53,340 nt of DNA from a bacterium. GTDB lineage: Bacteria; Fidelibacterota; UBA2242; JAFGTP01. Positions within the stretch are counted from its first letter, which is position 1; each line of letters starts with the position of its first letter. The notes below the pieces were generated by a model. It made no database searches. It saw nothing but the letters and a program-made list of their open reading frames with translations, and was not told the origin of the DNA. Shown here one piece after another: positions 46,202 through 53,340 of this stretch. Location of the stretch: positions 1 through 53,340 of the forward strand of contig DATGCI010000255.1 in NCBI GenBank assembly GCA_035312185.1, read 5' to 3'. Both the position numbers and the translations under genes were made by a program.

Positions 46202-47281
46202 ATGTCTATTAAATTAAGAGAAGATTGTGATTATTCATTGTTGGTGCCGACCAGTATGGGCTTGAGAATAACGCCTGAAAATGGTCAGCCTGTTCATCTA
46301 AGTACAAAATATACAATGCAGGCAACCAGTGCTGAATCTAATGTGGCCAGCGTGTCGTCCTTTTTGGGGCTTCCGGTCAAAGTATTGACCGCTTTTGTAA
46401 AAGATAATCCGATTGCAAGATTTATTAAGGATGATCTGGGACGCAGACATATGGATTATGAAGCATCGGAAGTGGAAAAAGGCGGCCCCTGGGGCAACCG
46501 CCATCAGATCAATATTGCTGATAGTGGCTATGGTTCACGTGGGCCGCAGGTTACTAATGATCGAGCCGGCGAAGTAGCCCGCTCAATTGATGCTGATGAT
46601 TTTGATCTTGATAGAATTTTTGGTGAAGAAGGCGTCCAAATTGTACATTTATCAGGTTTGATCGCCGCGCTTTCACCGGCAACAGCTCAATTTTGTCTTG
46701 ATATTGCTCGGGCAGCCAAAAAATATGGTACCAGGATATCCTTTGATCTTAATTATAGGGCTTCATTCTGGAAAAATCGTGAGGAAGAATTGCGCCAGAA
46801 TTTTCTGGAGATCGCTGAAATGTCCGATATTCTAGTTGGTAATGAGGAAGATTTTCAGCTCTGCCTGGGATTGAAAGGCCCTGAAGCCGGCGGGAAAAAC
46901 CTGGCTGATAAGATTGAAGGTTTTAAAGGGATGATCAATAGAGCCAAAAAGGAATTTCCCAACGCGACTGTTTTTGCCAATACACTTCGAGAAGTTGTTA
47001 ATGCTAATAGTCATATGTGGGGCGCGATCATGTCAGAAGGTGATAACTGGCATATTGTGGAGCCAAGACAGATAACAGTGCTCGATCGAATTGGCGGCGG
47101 AGATGGATTTGTTGGCGGTATGTTGTACGCTGTCCTGAATGGCTGGGAACCGGAAAAATGGGTTCAATTTGGCTGGGCCAATGGTGCTCTGGTAACAACT
47201 TTGCTGACCGATTATTCACAACCTGCTAATGAAGATCAGATCTGGAGCATCTGGGAAGGCGAAGCCAGAGTAAAACGCTAA
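46202..47281 (+). CDS. PfkB-family sugar kinase (2-dehydro-3-deoxygluconokinase-like)
   Basis: PfkB signature DRIGGGDGFVGG; start reassigned to ATG 46202 with AAGGAGG upstream. Confidence 0.8.
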   Translation: MSIKLREDCDYSLLVPTSMGLRITPENGQPVHLSTKYTMQATSAESNVASVSSFLGLPVKVLTAFVKDNPIARFIKDDLGRRHMDYEASEVEKGGPWGNRHQINIADSGYGSRGPQVTNDRAGEVARSIDADDFDLDRIFGEEGVQIVHLSGLIAALSPATAQFCLDIARAAKKYGTRISFDLNYRASFWKNREEELRQNFLEIAEMSDILVGNEEDFQLCLGLKGPEAGGKNLADKIEGFKGMINRAKKEFPNATVFANTLREVVNANSHMWGAIMSEGDNWHIVEPRQITVLDRIGGGDGFVGGMLYAVLNGWEPEKWVQFGWANGALVTTLLTDYSQPANEDQIWSIWEGEARVKR

Positions 47282-47287
47282 AAAGCT

Positions 47288-47328
47288 GTTCATAAAACTT
47301 CCATATTTCCATTATGAGCCTCTTTTTT
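47288..47328 (+). terminator. Weak intrinsic terminator after the sugar kinase gene
   Basis: 8-bp AU-rich stem (47288..47295 / 47312..47319) followed by CTCTTTTTT. Confidence 0.3.
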
Positions 47329-47464
47329 GATGCAGCCTAGGGTTTACTATTCGAAAATATTGATATAGATAACCATAGCGCTCAAATTTATGCCTAATAT
47401 TATGATTTTTATGACAAATAAAGAGATCAAATACTGGCAGAGTGTTGGGATTATGATAAAGTCG

Positions 47465-47480
47465 CTACTAAATATGGTAG
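47465..47480. repeat. CTACTA-N4-TAGTAG-type dyad, copy 1 (CTACTAAATATGGTAG)
   Basis: Read directly; one of five related 16-mers in 47465..48333. Confidence 0.7.
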
Positions 47481-47569
47481 TTAAGTGTGTTTTCCTAGGC
47501 TGGTCTAGATAATTTTCTGATAAATGGTTTCTCAAATTTCCTCCTTGGGCTAGTTAAAAGGAATGTCAA

Positions 47570-47635
47570 GTCAGGAGTAATTCCGAAAGCGAATGGGGCA
47601 AACTGTTTTCTGTAATTACTCCTGGCATTTTTTTA
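47570..47635 (+). terminator. Orphan terminator-like hairpin (13-bp stem, 31-nt loop, T7 tail)
   Basis: GTCAGGAGTAATT (47570..47582) pairs with AATTACTCCTGGC (47614..47626), one G-U pair, followed by ATTTTTTTA. Confidence 0.5.
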
Positions 47636-47704
47636 TCATATGTTGGGGTATTAATTCGCGAGCATAAATATTGTTTTTAAAGAGAGATTTATTCACTTAT
47701 CATG

Positions 47705-47720
47705 ATACTAAATATGGTAG
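47705..47720. repeat. Dyad copy 2 (ATACTAAATATGGTAG)
   Basis: 15/16 identical to copy 1. Confidence 0.7.
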
Positions 47721-47890
47721 TAATGGGCAATCCCGCCCTCTTTGCATGGTTAGGAGGTTATAGATGTTGAAGCCGCATATAAATTTTTTTGATGATGAGT
47801 GCTAATCCAGGTTAATAAATCGATGATTACTTCTAATAGATCTTAAATATTATTATTTTCTGATTGAATCTACCAGTTGCTGGATTTTGG

Positions 47891-47906
47891 CTACCATATT
47901 TGGTGA
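47891..47906. repeat. Dyad copy 3, inverted orientation (reverse complement TCACCAAATATGGTAG)
   Basis: 13/16 match to copy 1 on the opposite strand. Confidence 0.55.
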
Positions 47907-48086
47907 TTAATAGGTTAATGAAATTGTTCATCAGTATTTTCAGAGCTAAAAAGCCTGGCTTATGCTCAATTATAGATAAAAAAATCTTTAAAGAAAAATT
48001 TTATGTTTCAGTACAAGATAGAAATTACTTTTTTTCAGTAATGGGGAACAAAAATAATAAATGGAAATCTGGTATCATCCTTCTTT

Positions 48087-48102
48087 CTACTAAAAATAGT
48101 AG
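48087..48102. repeat. Dyad copy 4 (CTACTAAAAATAGTAG)
   Basis: Perfect 6+6 inverted repeat CTACTA/TAGTAG with a 4-nt spacer. Confidence 0.7.
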
Positions 48103-48317
48103 TTATATTCTATAATGGTTCTGGCATTCTGAATTGCCAGGATTGTTAATTATATCATTTGCCTGGTTAGGCTCTATTAAATTTCGAACTATTTATTTAA
48201 TAGTGACTGAAAAAATATTTTTCGATAAATGTTGCCAGTCTATTTCAAACTTTAGCTCACCCAAATTTAAAATGCCTGAATAAGATCCTGTTAATAGCAG
48301 AACTTGCTTGCATATAA

Positions 48318-48333
48318 CTACTAAATGTAGTAG
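48318..48333. repeat. Dyad copy 5 (CTACTAAATGTAGTAG)
   Basis: Perfect 6+6 inverted repeat with a 4-nt spacer; 58 bp upstream of the regulator gene start. Confidence 0.7.
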
Positions 48334-48390
48334 TTTGTTGTGGTAGTTGAAAATGTAGTTTCAATGATTGCATAATAAAGCAGGTAGGCT

Positions 48391-49878
48391 ATGGTTAGTA
48401 AAACAAAATTTTACCAGGAAATTGCCACAAAATTAATGGGTGAACTACAACCAGGCCAGGCATTCTGGGAATGTTTTCATTTTATCCAGCAGTATATGCC
48501 CCTTGATAGTCTTAATATTTATTTGAATCCTCATGACAGTGATCAGATCAAACAAATTGCCCATATTTCTGCGCAAAATTCAAAATTTAATAGCAACATC
48601 TCTGTGTACAATCTTCCTAATTTCACTTTTCTAGATACAAAAACAAAAAAAATTGCTCTAATCAATAATCCCAGTAAAAATAGCTTTATAAAGAAACTAT
48701 CCAACCAGTTTAAATCAGGATTCTCATCTATAGTGATGGCAACTAAACGGACAGATAGAATGGAAATAATACTTATACTACAGACTAAAGGGCTCAATCA
48801 ATATAAAAAGCAAAATCTTGAATTGCTAAAAAATGTTCAAAACCTATTCTATAGTAAAATTGAAAGTGGACTCCAGTATTATTCTCTTTATGAAGATTTG
48901 AAATATACAAGGGATACAAAACAATTCTTACAGGAAAAAGTGACTCCGGATAAATTAATCGGGCTTAATTCCGGCTTGAAATCAGTCGATCGAGATCTAC
49001 GGCCACTTTACAATCGCAATGTTCCTATTTTGATAGAAGGTAAAATCGGAGTTGAGAAAAAGGCTTTGGCTCATCATATTCACCAAAATTCATGGCGCAG
49101 TAATAATCTTTTTCTAAGTTTTAACTGTAGTGTCCATGACAGTAAGGAAGCATTTATAAAATTATTTGGCAGATCAAACTCTTCTGAAATTGGACTCTTA
49201 GAATATGGGCGACAGGGAACAATTTTTATGAATTATATAGATCATTTGGATGAAGCAAATAAAAAACGAGTATTAGTAACTTTGAGAAATGGCAGTCTTA
49301 AGCATTTATCGAATTTTTCAGAAAAACCTTTGGATATCAGGCTCATTTGTACTTTTAGCAATAATCCTAAAGTAAGTGAAGAATTTAGAGAGTTTGCTGG
49401 TAAATACAATATTGAAATTCCTCCGTTAAAAGATCGGACTATCGATATTCCCAATTTATTGGAGCATTATACAAAAAAAATAAGTTCGGCAATTGGCCTG
49501 GAATCAGAGCCAAAAACTAGTTCACAAGGCTTAAAAAACTTGATGGAATATGATTGGCCAGGAAATTTGATGGAATTTAAAGCAATTCTGCAAAAGGAAA
49601 TCCTTGATAATCCATCTGGACCGCTTATATTCGCTCAATTATACCAAAGTAAAAAAGAAAAAATAATATTTGATCTTACTAATAAAGATTACTGGCCTGA
49701 TCTGGAGAGTTATATTAAAAAGTATTTACAAAAAGTTGTTGATCGTACTCAAGGTCAAATTGAAGGTGACCAGGGAGCAGCTCAAATTCTACAAATGCAC
49801 CCTAATACATTAAGACACCGCTTAAAAAAATATAATATTCAGTATGGTCGAAGCTGGCAAAAAAACCCAGAAAAATAA
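48391..49878 (+). CDS. Sigma-54-activator (bEBP)-like regulator with degenerate AAA+ core, N-terminal sensory (GAF-like) region and C-terminal Fis-type HTH
   Basis: Collinear with the bEBP core (VPILIEG...ALAHHIHQNS...NCS...LFG...GTIFMNYI...IRLICTFS...PPLKDR..DIP.L..HY...DWPGNLMEF); HTH AAQILQMHPNTLRHRLKKYNI. Confidence 0.8.
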   Translation: MVSKTKFYQEIATKLMGELQPGQAFWECFHFIQQYMPLDSLNIYLNPHDSDQIKQIAHISAQNSKFNSNISVYNLPNFTFLDTKTKKIALINNPSKNSFIKKLSNQFKSGFSSIVMATKRTDRMEIILILQTKGLNQYKKQNLELLKNVQNLFYSKIESGLQYYSLYEDLKYTRDTKQFLQEKVTPDKLIGLNSGLKSVDRDLRPLYNRNVPILIEGKIGVEKKALAHHIHQNSWRSNNLFLSFNCSVHDSKEAFIKLFGRSNSSEIGLLEYGRQGTIFMNYIDHLDEANKKRVLVTLRNGSLKHLSNFSEKPLDIRLICTFSNNPKVSEEFREFAGKYNIEIPPLKDRTIDIPNLLEHYTKKISSAIGLESEPKTSSQGLKNLMEYDWPGNLMEFKAILQKEILDNPSGPLIFAQLYQSKKEKIIFDLTNKDYWPDLESYIKKYLQKVVDRTQGQIEGDQGAAQILQMHPNTLRHRLKKYNIQYGRSWQKNPEK

Positions 49879-50035
49879 ATAAGTTCGACAATTGCATCCC
49901 TCTTTATCTACTCCCAAATCAATTCTCCTAGCTCGCTTTCCATTTTAAAAAATTACAAAATAAAACATCCAACTATTAAGTACATCTGTCGATCTACTTT
50001 TATAAAATATAAATCATTGGCTCCAAGTTATTTAT

Positions 50036-50071
50036 AAAAAAACCCCATAGATATAAAAAATACCTATGGGG
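50036..50071 (-). terminator. Intrinsic terminator of the sulfurtransferase gene (possibly bidirectional)
   Basis: CCCCATAG (50043..50050) pairs with CTATGGGG (50064..50071), 13-nt loop; on the minus strand it is followed by a T7 run (50042..50036). Confidence 0.7.
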
Positions 50072-50094
50072 TTTAGGGGGCTCGAGGGACAAAT

Positions 50095-50970
50095 CTAACG
50101 AGGATCTTTTCCTGTTACTGTTGGATTATCGGGATATGAACTCCATTCTGTGAAAGATCCTTCGTATAATTTTACATCAGGATAATTGAGAAGATGTTTG
50201 AATAGGACATATTCGTTTGTTGCTTCACGGCCTGTACCGCAGGAGCAGACTATGGTTTTATCTTTGGTTATATTTTTTTCTTTCAGGACTGTTTTGATTT
50301 CGTCTTCATCTTTTAATAAGCGAGAATTATCATCACTCATTAAAGATTTCCATGGTAGATTCACAGCACCGGGAATATGACCAGGCTTGATCCAGGGCCC
50401 CTGACCTTGATAGATATTTTCCGGGCGAGCATCAAGGACAATAGTAGCATCATTGTCTTTAATTTTTTTGAAATCTTCATAATCAACAAAAAGTTCGTCT
50501 TGAACTTCTGCTTTAAAGTCAGACTCCTGAACTTTTGGAAATTCTTTGGAAACGGGCCGATCTTCTTCCAACCATTTGTCTAGTCCACCATCAAGGATAT
50601 AAATATTTTTGTGACCAAAACGTTTCAATGAATAGGCAACCATTGTCTGTTCCAAGCCGTCGCCCCAACCTCGGAAAAGTCCAGTTCCTGTGTAAACAAC
50701 TACGGGCTTCTCCGGATCCAGGCCAACACGTCGAAACACAGCCCGGGCTGCTTCTTCTGGAATCCACTTACCAGGCGTTCCATTTTTAGGAACCCTAAAA
50801 AGCTTTGGGTTAAAATAAACAGCACCTGGAATGTGTGCTTTTACGTAATCGTGAATATCAGGTTGCACGTCTAAAATCATAAAATCGTCATCATCAATAT
50901 GCTCAGATAGCCATTTCGTTGAAGTCCATTTTATTTCTTTTTGACCTAAGGGGTATCTTTCTTCTTTCAT
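50095..50970 (-). CDS. Tandem-rhodanese sulfurtransferase (thiosulfate/3-mercaptopyruvate type)
   Basis: Two rhodanese repeats; catalytic loop IVCSCGTGREAT; start reassigned to ATG 50970 with GGAGG 5 nt upstream. Confidence 0.85.
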   Translation of the reverse strand: MKEERYPLGQKEIKWTSTKWLSEHIDDDDFMILDVQPDIHDYVKAHIPGAVYFNPKLFRVPKNGTPGKWIPEEAARAVFRRVGLDPEKPVVVYTGTGLFRGWGDGLEQTMVAYSLKRFGHKNIYILDGGLDKWLEEDRPVSKEFPKVQESDFKAEVQDELFVDYEDFKKIKDNDATIVLDARPENIYQGQGPWIKPGHIPGAVNLPWKSLMSDDNSRLLKDEDEIKTVLKEKNITKDKTIVCSCGTGREATNEYVLFKHLLNYPDVKLYEGSFTEWSSYPDNPTVTGKDPR

Positions 50971-51405
50971 TTTATCCTCCAAATTTTATAATTGTAATGA
51001 TTACAAACAAACAACAGTTTTAGATTAAGGGCCTGTAAAAAAGTTACAAAATACTGGAGAAAAAAATTGTTTATTGAATTTATCCAATTAATGAATACAG
51101 GCCCCTTATTGTCATATAAAGGAGGAGTTTTTTCTCTATAATTTTTACACAGAAAAATTATACTCATTTTAATATTTACAATTGTAAACGGGATAATTTT
51201 CATTTATTTTGTATTTAGCTATGCTAATGATTAAATAAATTGAAAAGTAGAAAGAATGAGACAATATGTCTGAATTAATTGAAGACAATATGTAAAAAAA
51301 ATACCTAAATAGACTGATATATTTTTGTTAATTTATCTGGTATTAAAATTGCAGGGAAAGAAAAAGCTCATTATTAACTGCAAAAAATAAATAGGAGATG
51401 AAAAA

Positions 51406-52077
51406 GTGAACGAAGAAAAATCTAATGTAGAAAACAAAACGAACGAAGATATACAAGAAGAACAAAATTCAGAGCATACTGAAAACTCTGAAAACCAAAA
51501 AGAAACAAAACAAGAAGTTGAGGATCAAGAGGAGTCCAAACAAGAAGTCGAAGAGGATCTAGATGAATCGGAAGAGGACTTAAAATCCCGACTTAAGGAG
51601 ACGGAAGAAAAAATGGAAGAAGTTATCGCTGAAAATGAAAAATTAAATGATAAATTTACCAGATTAGCTGCTGAATTTAAAAATTACAAAAAAAGGACTC
51701 GCAAAGAGGAACAGGAAAGACTCAAATACGAAGGTAAAAGTATCCTCAAAGAGTTACTCCCTGTTTTTGATGATATTGATAGAGCTGTAATCCATCAAGA
51801 AAACAGTTCAAATAATAATACTGAACAAAGCTCTGGTCAGGATACAGATAATGGCGGCCTGAAAATGATTCACAAAAAACTGCATAATGTGCTTAACAAT
51901 CTGGGAGTAGAAAAGTATGACTCTGTTGGTGAAGAATTTGATCCCGATCTCCATCATGCTATTATGACGAAAGAGAGTGAAGATCATGATTCTGACATTG
52001 TTTTGGAGGAAATCGAAAAGGGATATTTGTACAAAGATAAAGTTTTACGATATGCAAGAGTAATCGTTAGTAAATAA
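51406..52077 (+). CDS. grpE: Nucleotide exchange factor GrpE (long acidic N-terminal extension)
   Basis: LPVFDDIDRA, DPDLHHAIM, KGYLYKDKVLRYARVIVSK; GTG start with TAGGAGA upstream. Confidence 0.9.
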   Translation: MNEEKSNVENKTNEDIQEEQNSEHTENSENQKETKQEVEDQEESKQEVEEDLDESEEDLKSRLKETEEKMEEVIAENEKLNDKFTRLAAEFKNYKKRTRKEEQERLKYEGKSILKELLPVFDDIDRAVIHQENSSNNNTEQSSGQDTDNGGLKMIHKKLHNVLNNLGVEKYDSVGEEFDPDLHHAIMTKESEDHDSDIVLEEIEKGYLYKDKVLRYARVIVSK

Positions 52078-52095
52078 ATAAATGAGTTATATTTT

Positions 52096-53274
52096 ATGCC
52101 AAGAGATTATTATGATGTACTGGGTGTTGACAAAGATGCCTCGCAGGATGAGATAAAAAAAGCCTATAGAAAAAAGGCCATGAAATATCATCCGGATAGA
52201 AATCCGGATAATGAGGAAGCCGAAGAAAAATTCAAAGAGGTTTCAGAAGCCTACTCGGTTTTGTCAGACGAAAACAAGCGTCGCAAATATGATCAGTTTG
52301 GTCATGCCGGTGTCAAAGGCGGCCAGGCTGGAGGCGGTTTTGGTGGCGCTCAAGGCTTTAGTGGCCAGGGCTTTGGCGGATTTGATATTTCTGATGCGCT
52401 ACGAATGTTCATGGATGACTTTGGTGGCTTTGGCGGATTTGAAGATTTTTTTGGAGGAAGCCGTAGAGGCAGCTCCCGTTCTCGCCGTTCTTCGAATAAT
52501 CGCAAAAAGGGCAGTGATTTAAAGATAAAATTGTCGCTTTCACTCAAAGAAGCTGCTGAAGGCACAACCAAACACATTAAAATAAAAAGAATGGAAACCT
52601 GCGGCGCCTGTAATGGCAAAGGTGCCGAGCCCGGAACTTCTTTTAAAACATGTCCTGTTTGTAATGGTCAGGGCCAGGTGCGTAATGTTCAGCGCTCAAT
52701 GCTAGGCCAGGTTGTCAATGTACAAACCTGTTCTAATTGTGATGGTCAGGGCAAAATTCCAGAAAAACCCTGTAAAAAATGCTCCGGATCCGGACGAGTT
52801 AAAAAACAGAAAGATATTAAGATTGATATTCCAGCGGGCATTAGTACAGGTCATTATAAAACAATACGGGGAGAAGGAAATGTAGGAGAAAGAAATGGCC
52901 CCCGAGGTAATCTCGTTGTCTTCTTTGAGATAGAGCCCCACAAATATTTTGTCAGGAAAGATGATAATATCTTCATTGAGCTACATGTCTCTCCAGCTGA
53001 AGCTGCTTTGGGCAAAGAGATGAAAGTACCTACATTAAAAGGCGATGTGAAATTAAATATACCGGCTGGAGTTCAGTCTCACAAATTACTCAGATTAAAA
53101 AATAAGGGTCTGCCCCATTTAAATGGTTCCAGTCGTGGTGATCAGTATGTAAGAATTGTTATTGATGTACCTGAATCTACTTCTAAAAAGCAGAAGGAAT
53201 TATACAAAGAACTGGAAAAGATAGAAAGAGGAAATTACAGCAATAATAATCGGTTTTCAAAAATTAAGCAATAA
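52096..53274 (+). CDS. dnaJ: Molecular chaperone DnaJ
   Basis: J-domain with HPD (KYHPDRN); G/F-rich region; four CxxCxGxG repeats ([32 protein letters not shown]). Confidence 0.97.
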   Translation: MPRDYYDVLGVDKDASQDEIKKAYRKKAMKYHPDRNPDNEEAEEKFKEVSEAYSVLSDENKRRKYDQFGHAGVKGGQAGGGFGGAQGFSGQGFGGFDISDALRMFMDDFGGFGGFEDFFGGSRRGSSRSRRSSNNRKKGSDLKIKLSLSLKEAAEGTTKHIKIKRMETCGACNGKGAEPGTSFKTCPVCNGQGQVRNVQRSMLGQVVNVQTCSNCDGQGKIPEKPCKKCSGSGRVKKQKDIKIDIPAGISTGHYKTIRGEGNVGERNGPRGNLVVFFEIEPHKYFVRKDDNIFIELHVSPAEAALGKEMKVPTLKGDVKLNIPAGVQSHKLLRLKNKGLPHLNGSSRGDQYVRIVIDVPESTSKKQKELYKELEKIERGNYSNNNRFSKIKQ

Positions 53275-53340
53275 CCCAAGCAGGTAAATATCTGATAATA
53301 TAGGTGCTTATACTGCAAAAAGACTATAGCTGATGATTTT

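Noticed and set aside
47797-47805. CIRCE half-site GAGTGCTAA
   Set aside because: No TTAGCACTC partner lies 9 nt upstream, it is not near a chaperone gene, and it overlaps the end of the mini-ORF.
47864-48115. 83-aa plus-strand ORF in the noncoding region
   Set aside because: It has a non-ATG start with no Shine-Dalgarno site, a Lys/Ile/Phe/Asn-rich composition typical of AT-rich noise, and no motifs. It spans two of the dyad repeats.
48122-48138. Sigma-54 promoter-like TGGCATTCTGAATTGCC upstream of the bEBP-like gene
   Set aside because: The GG-to-GC spacing is one nucleotide longer than in the TGGCAC-N5-TTGC consensus, and sigma-54 promoters rarely tolerate that. The sequence is also simply a CTGGCA/TGCCAG inverted repeat.
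50992-51188. TGTAA/TTACA-type palindromes (also ATGTAAATTGTTACAT near 1564..1579) as a shared operator
   Set aside because: The spacings and orientations differ (3 nt, 4 nt, and inverted order). The motif is AT-only in an AT-rich genome, so chance occurrence is plausible. It is mentioned only as local palindromes.
1-53340. Scan for CRISPR arrays, tRNA/rRNA genes, transposases, integrases, phage genes or known defence-system genes
   Set aside because: None recognised. There are no regularly spaced direct repeats, no tRNA T-arm-like GGTTCGAATCC-type sequences in the intergenic regions, and no recombinase-like ORFs. The scan was by eye and could miss small RNAs.

Overview
AT-rich (roughly one-third G+C by eye), gene-dense chromosomal window of about 60 genes. 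It comes from an apparently anaerobic bacterium that uses strong Shine-Dalgarno sites and all three stop codons. A PorV-like barrel gene and grpE-dnaJ adjacency without dnaK weakly suggest an FCB-group or candidate-phylum lineage. No rRNA, tRNA, CRISPR array, transposase or integrase was recognised.

Layout:
- 0-8 kb: KamA-like radical SAM gene (possibly truncated at the window edge), mutS, a PorV-like outer-membrane barrel, and two CNNM/CorC-type genes.
- 8.0-19.5 kb, minus strand: rex followed by a 14-ORF Mrp-Mbx/Ehr-type membrane complex. Its NuoD-like subunit lacks [NiFe] cysteine ligands, and its NuoI-like subunit is fused to a GltD/NfnB-like NAD(P)H flavoprotein. A 36-bp perfect palindrome containing a Rex box abuts the predicted -10.
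- 19.9-24.4 kb: operon of a CGGC-domain protein, a secreted COG1237 metallo-beta-lactamase-fold (MBL) protein, a COG3199 kinase-like protein and two aminotransferases.
- 24.5-26.0 kb: one reading frame interrupted by a single in-frame TAG.
- 26.0-44.8 kb: 26 consecutive minus-strand genes. They hold three NifX-like proteins, two MinD-type ATPases with ferredoxin inserts, an Mrp/NBP35 carrier, DUF5320, DUF134, a radical SAM protein and a second COG1237 MBL paralog, with no nitrogenase genes. Redox and housekeeping genes are interspersed.
- 45-47.3 kb: LacI regulator and a PfkB sugar kinase.
- 47.3-48.4 kb: 1.1-kb noncoding region with five copies of a CTACTA-N4-TAGTAG dyad and an orphan terminator-like hairpin.
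- 48.4-53.3 kb: a catalytically degenerate sigma-54-activator-like regulator, a rhodanese, and grpE-dnaJ.

Most noteworthy:
- The Rex-linked NAD(P)H-module Mbx-like complex.
- The DUF134/NifX/DUF5320/MinD-ferredoxin gene set.
- The TGAAC-N4-GTTCA operator shared by the DUF134 and CGGC operons.
- The repeat-bearing noncoding region.
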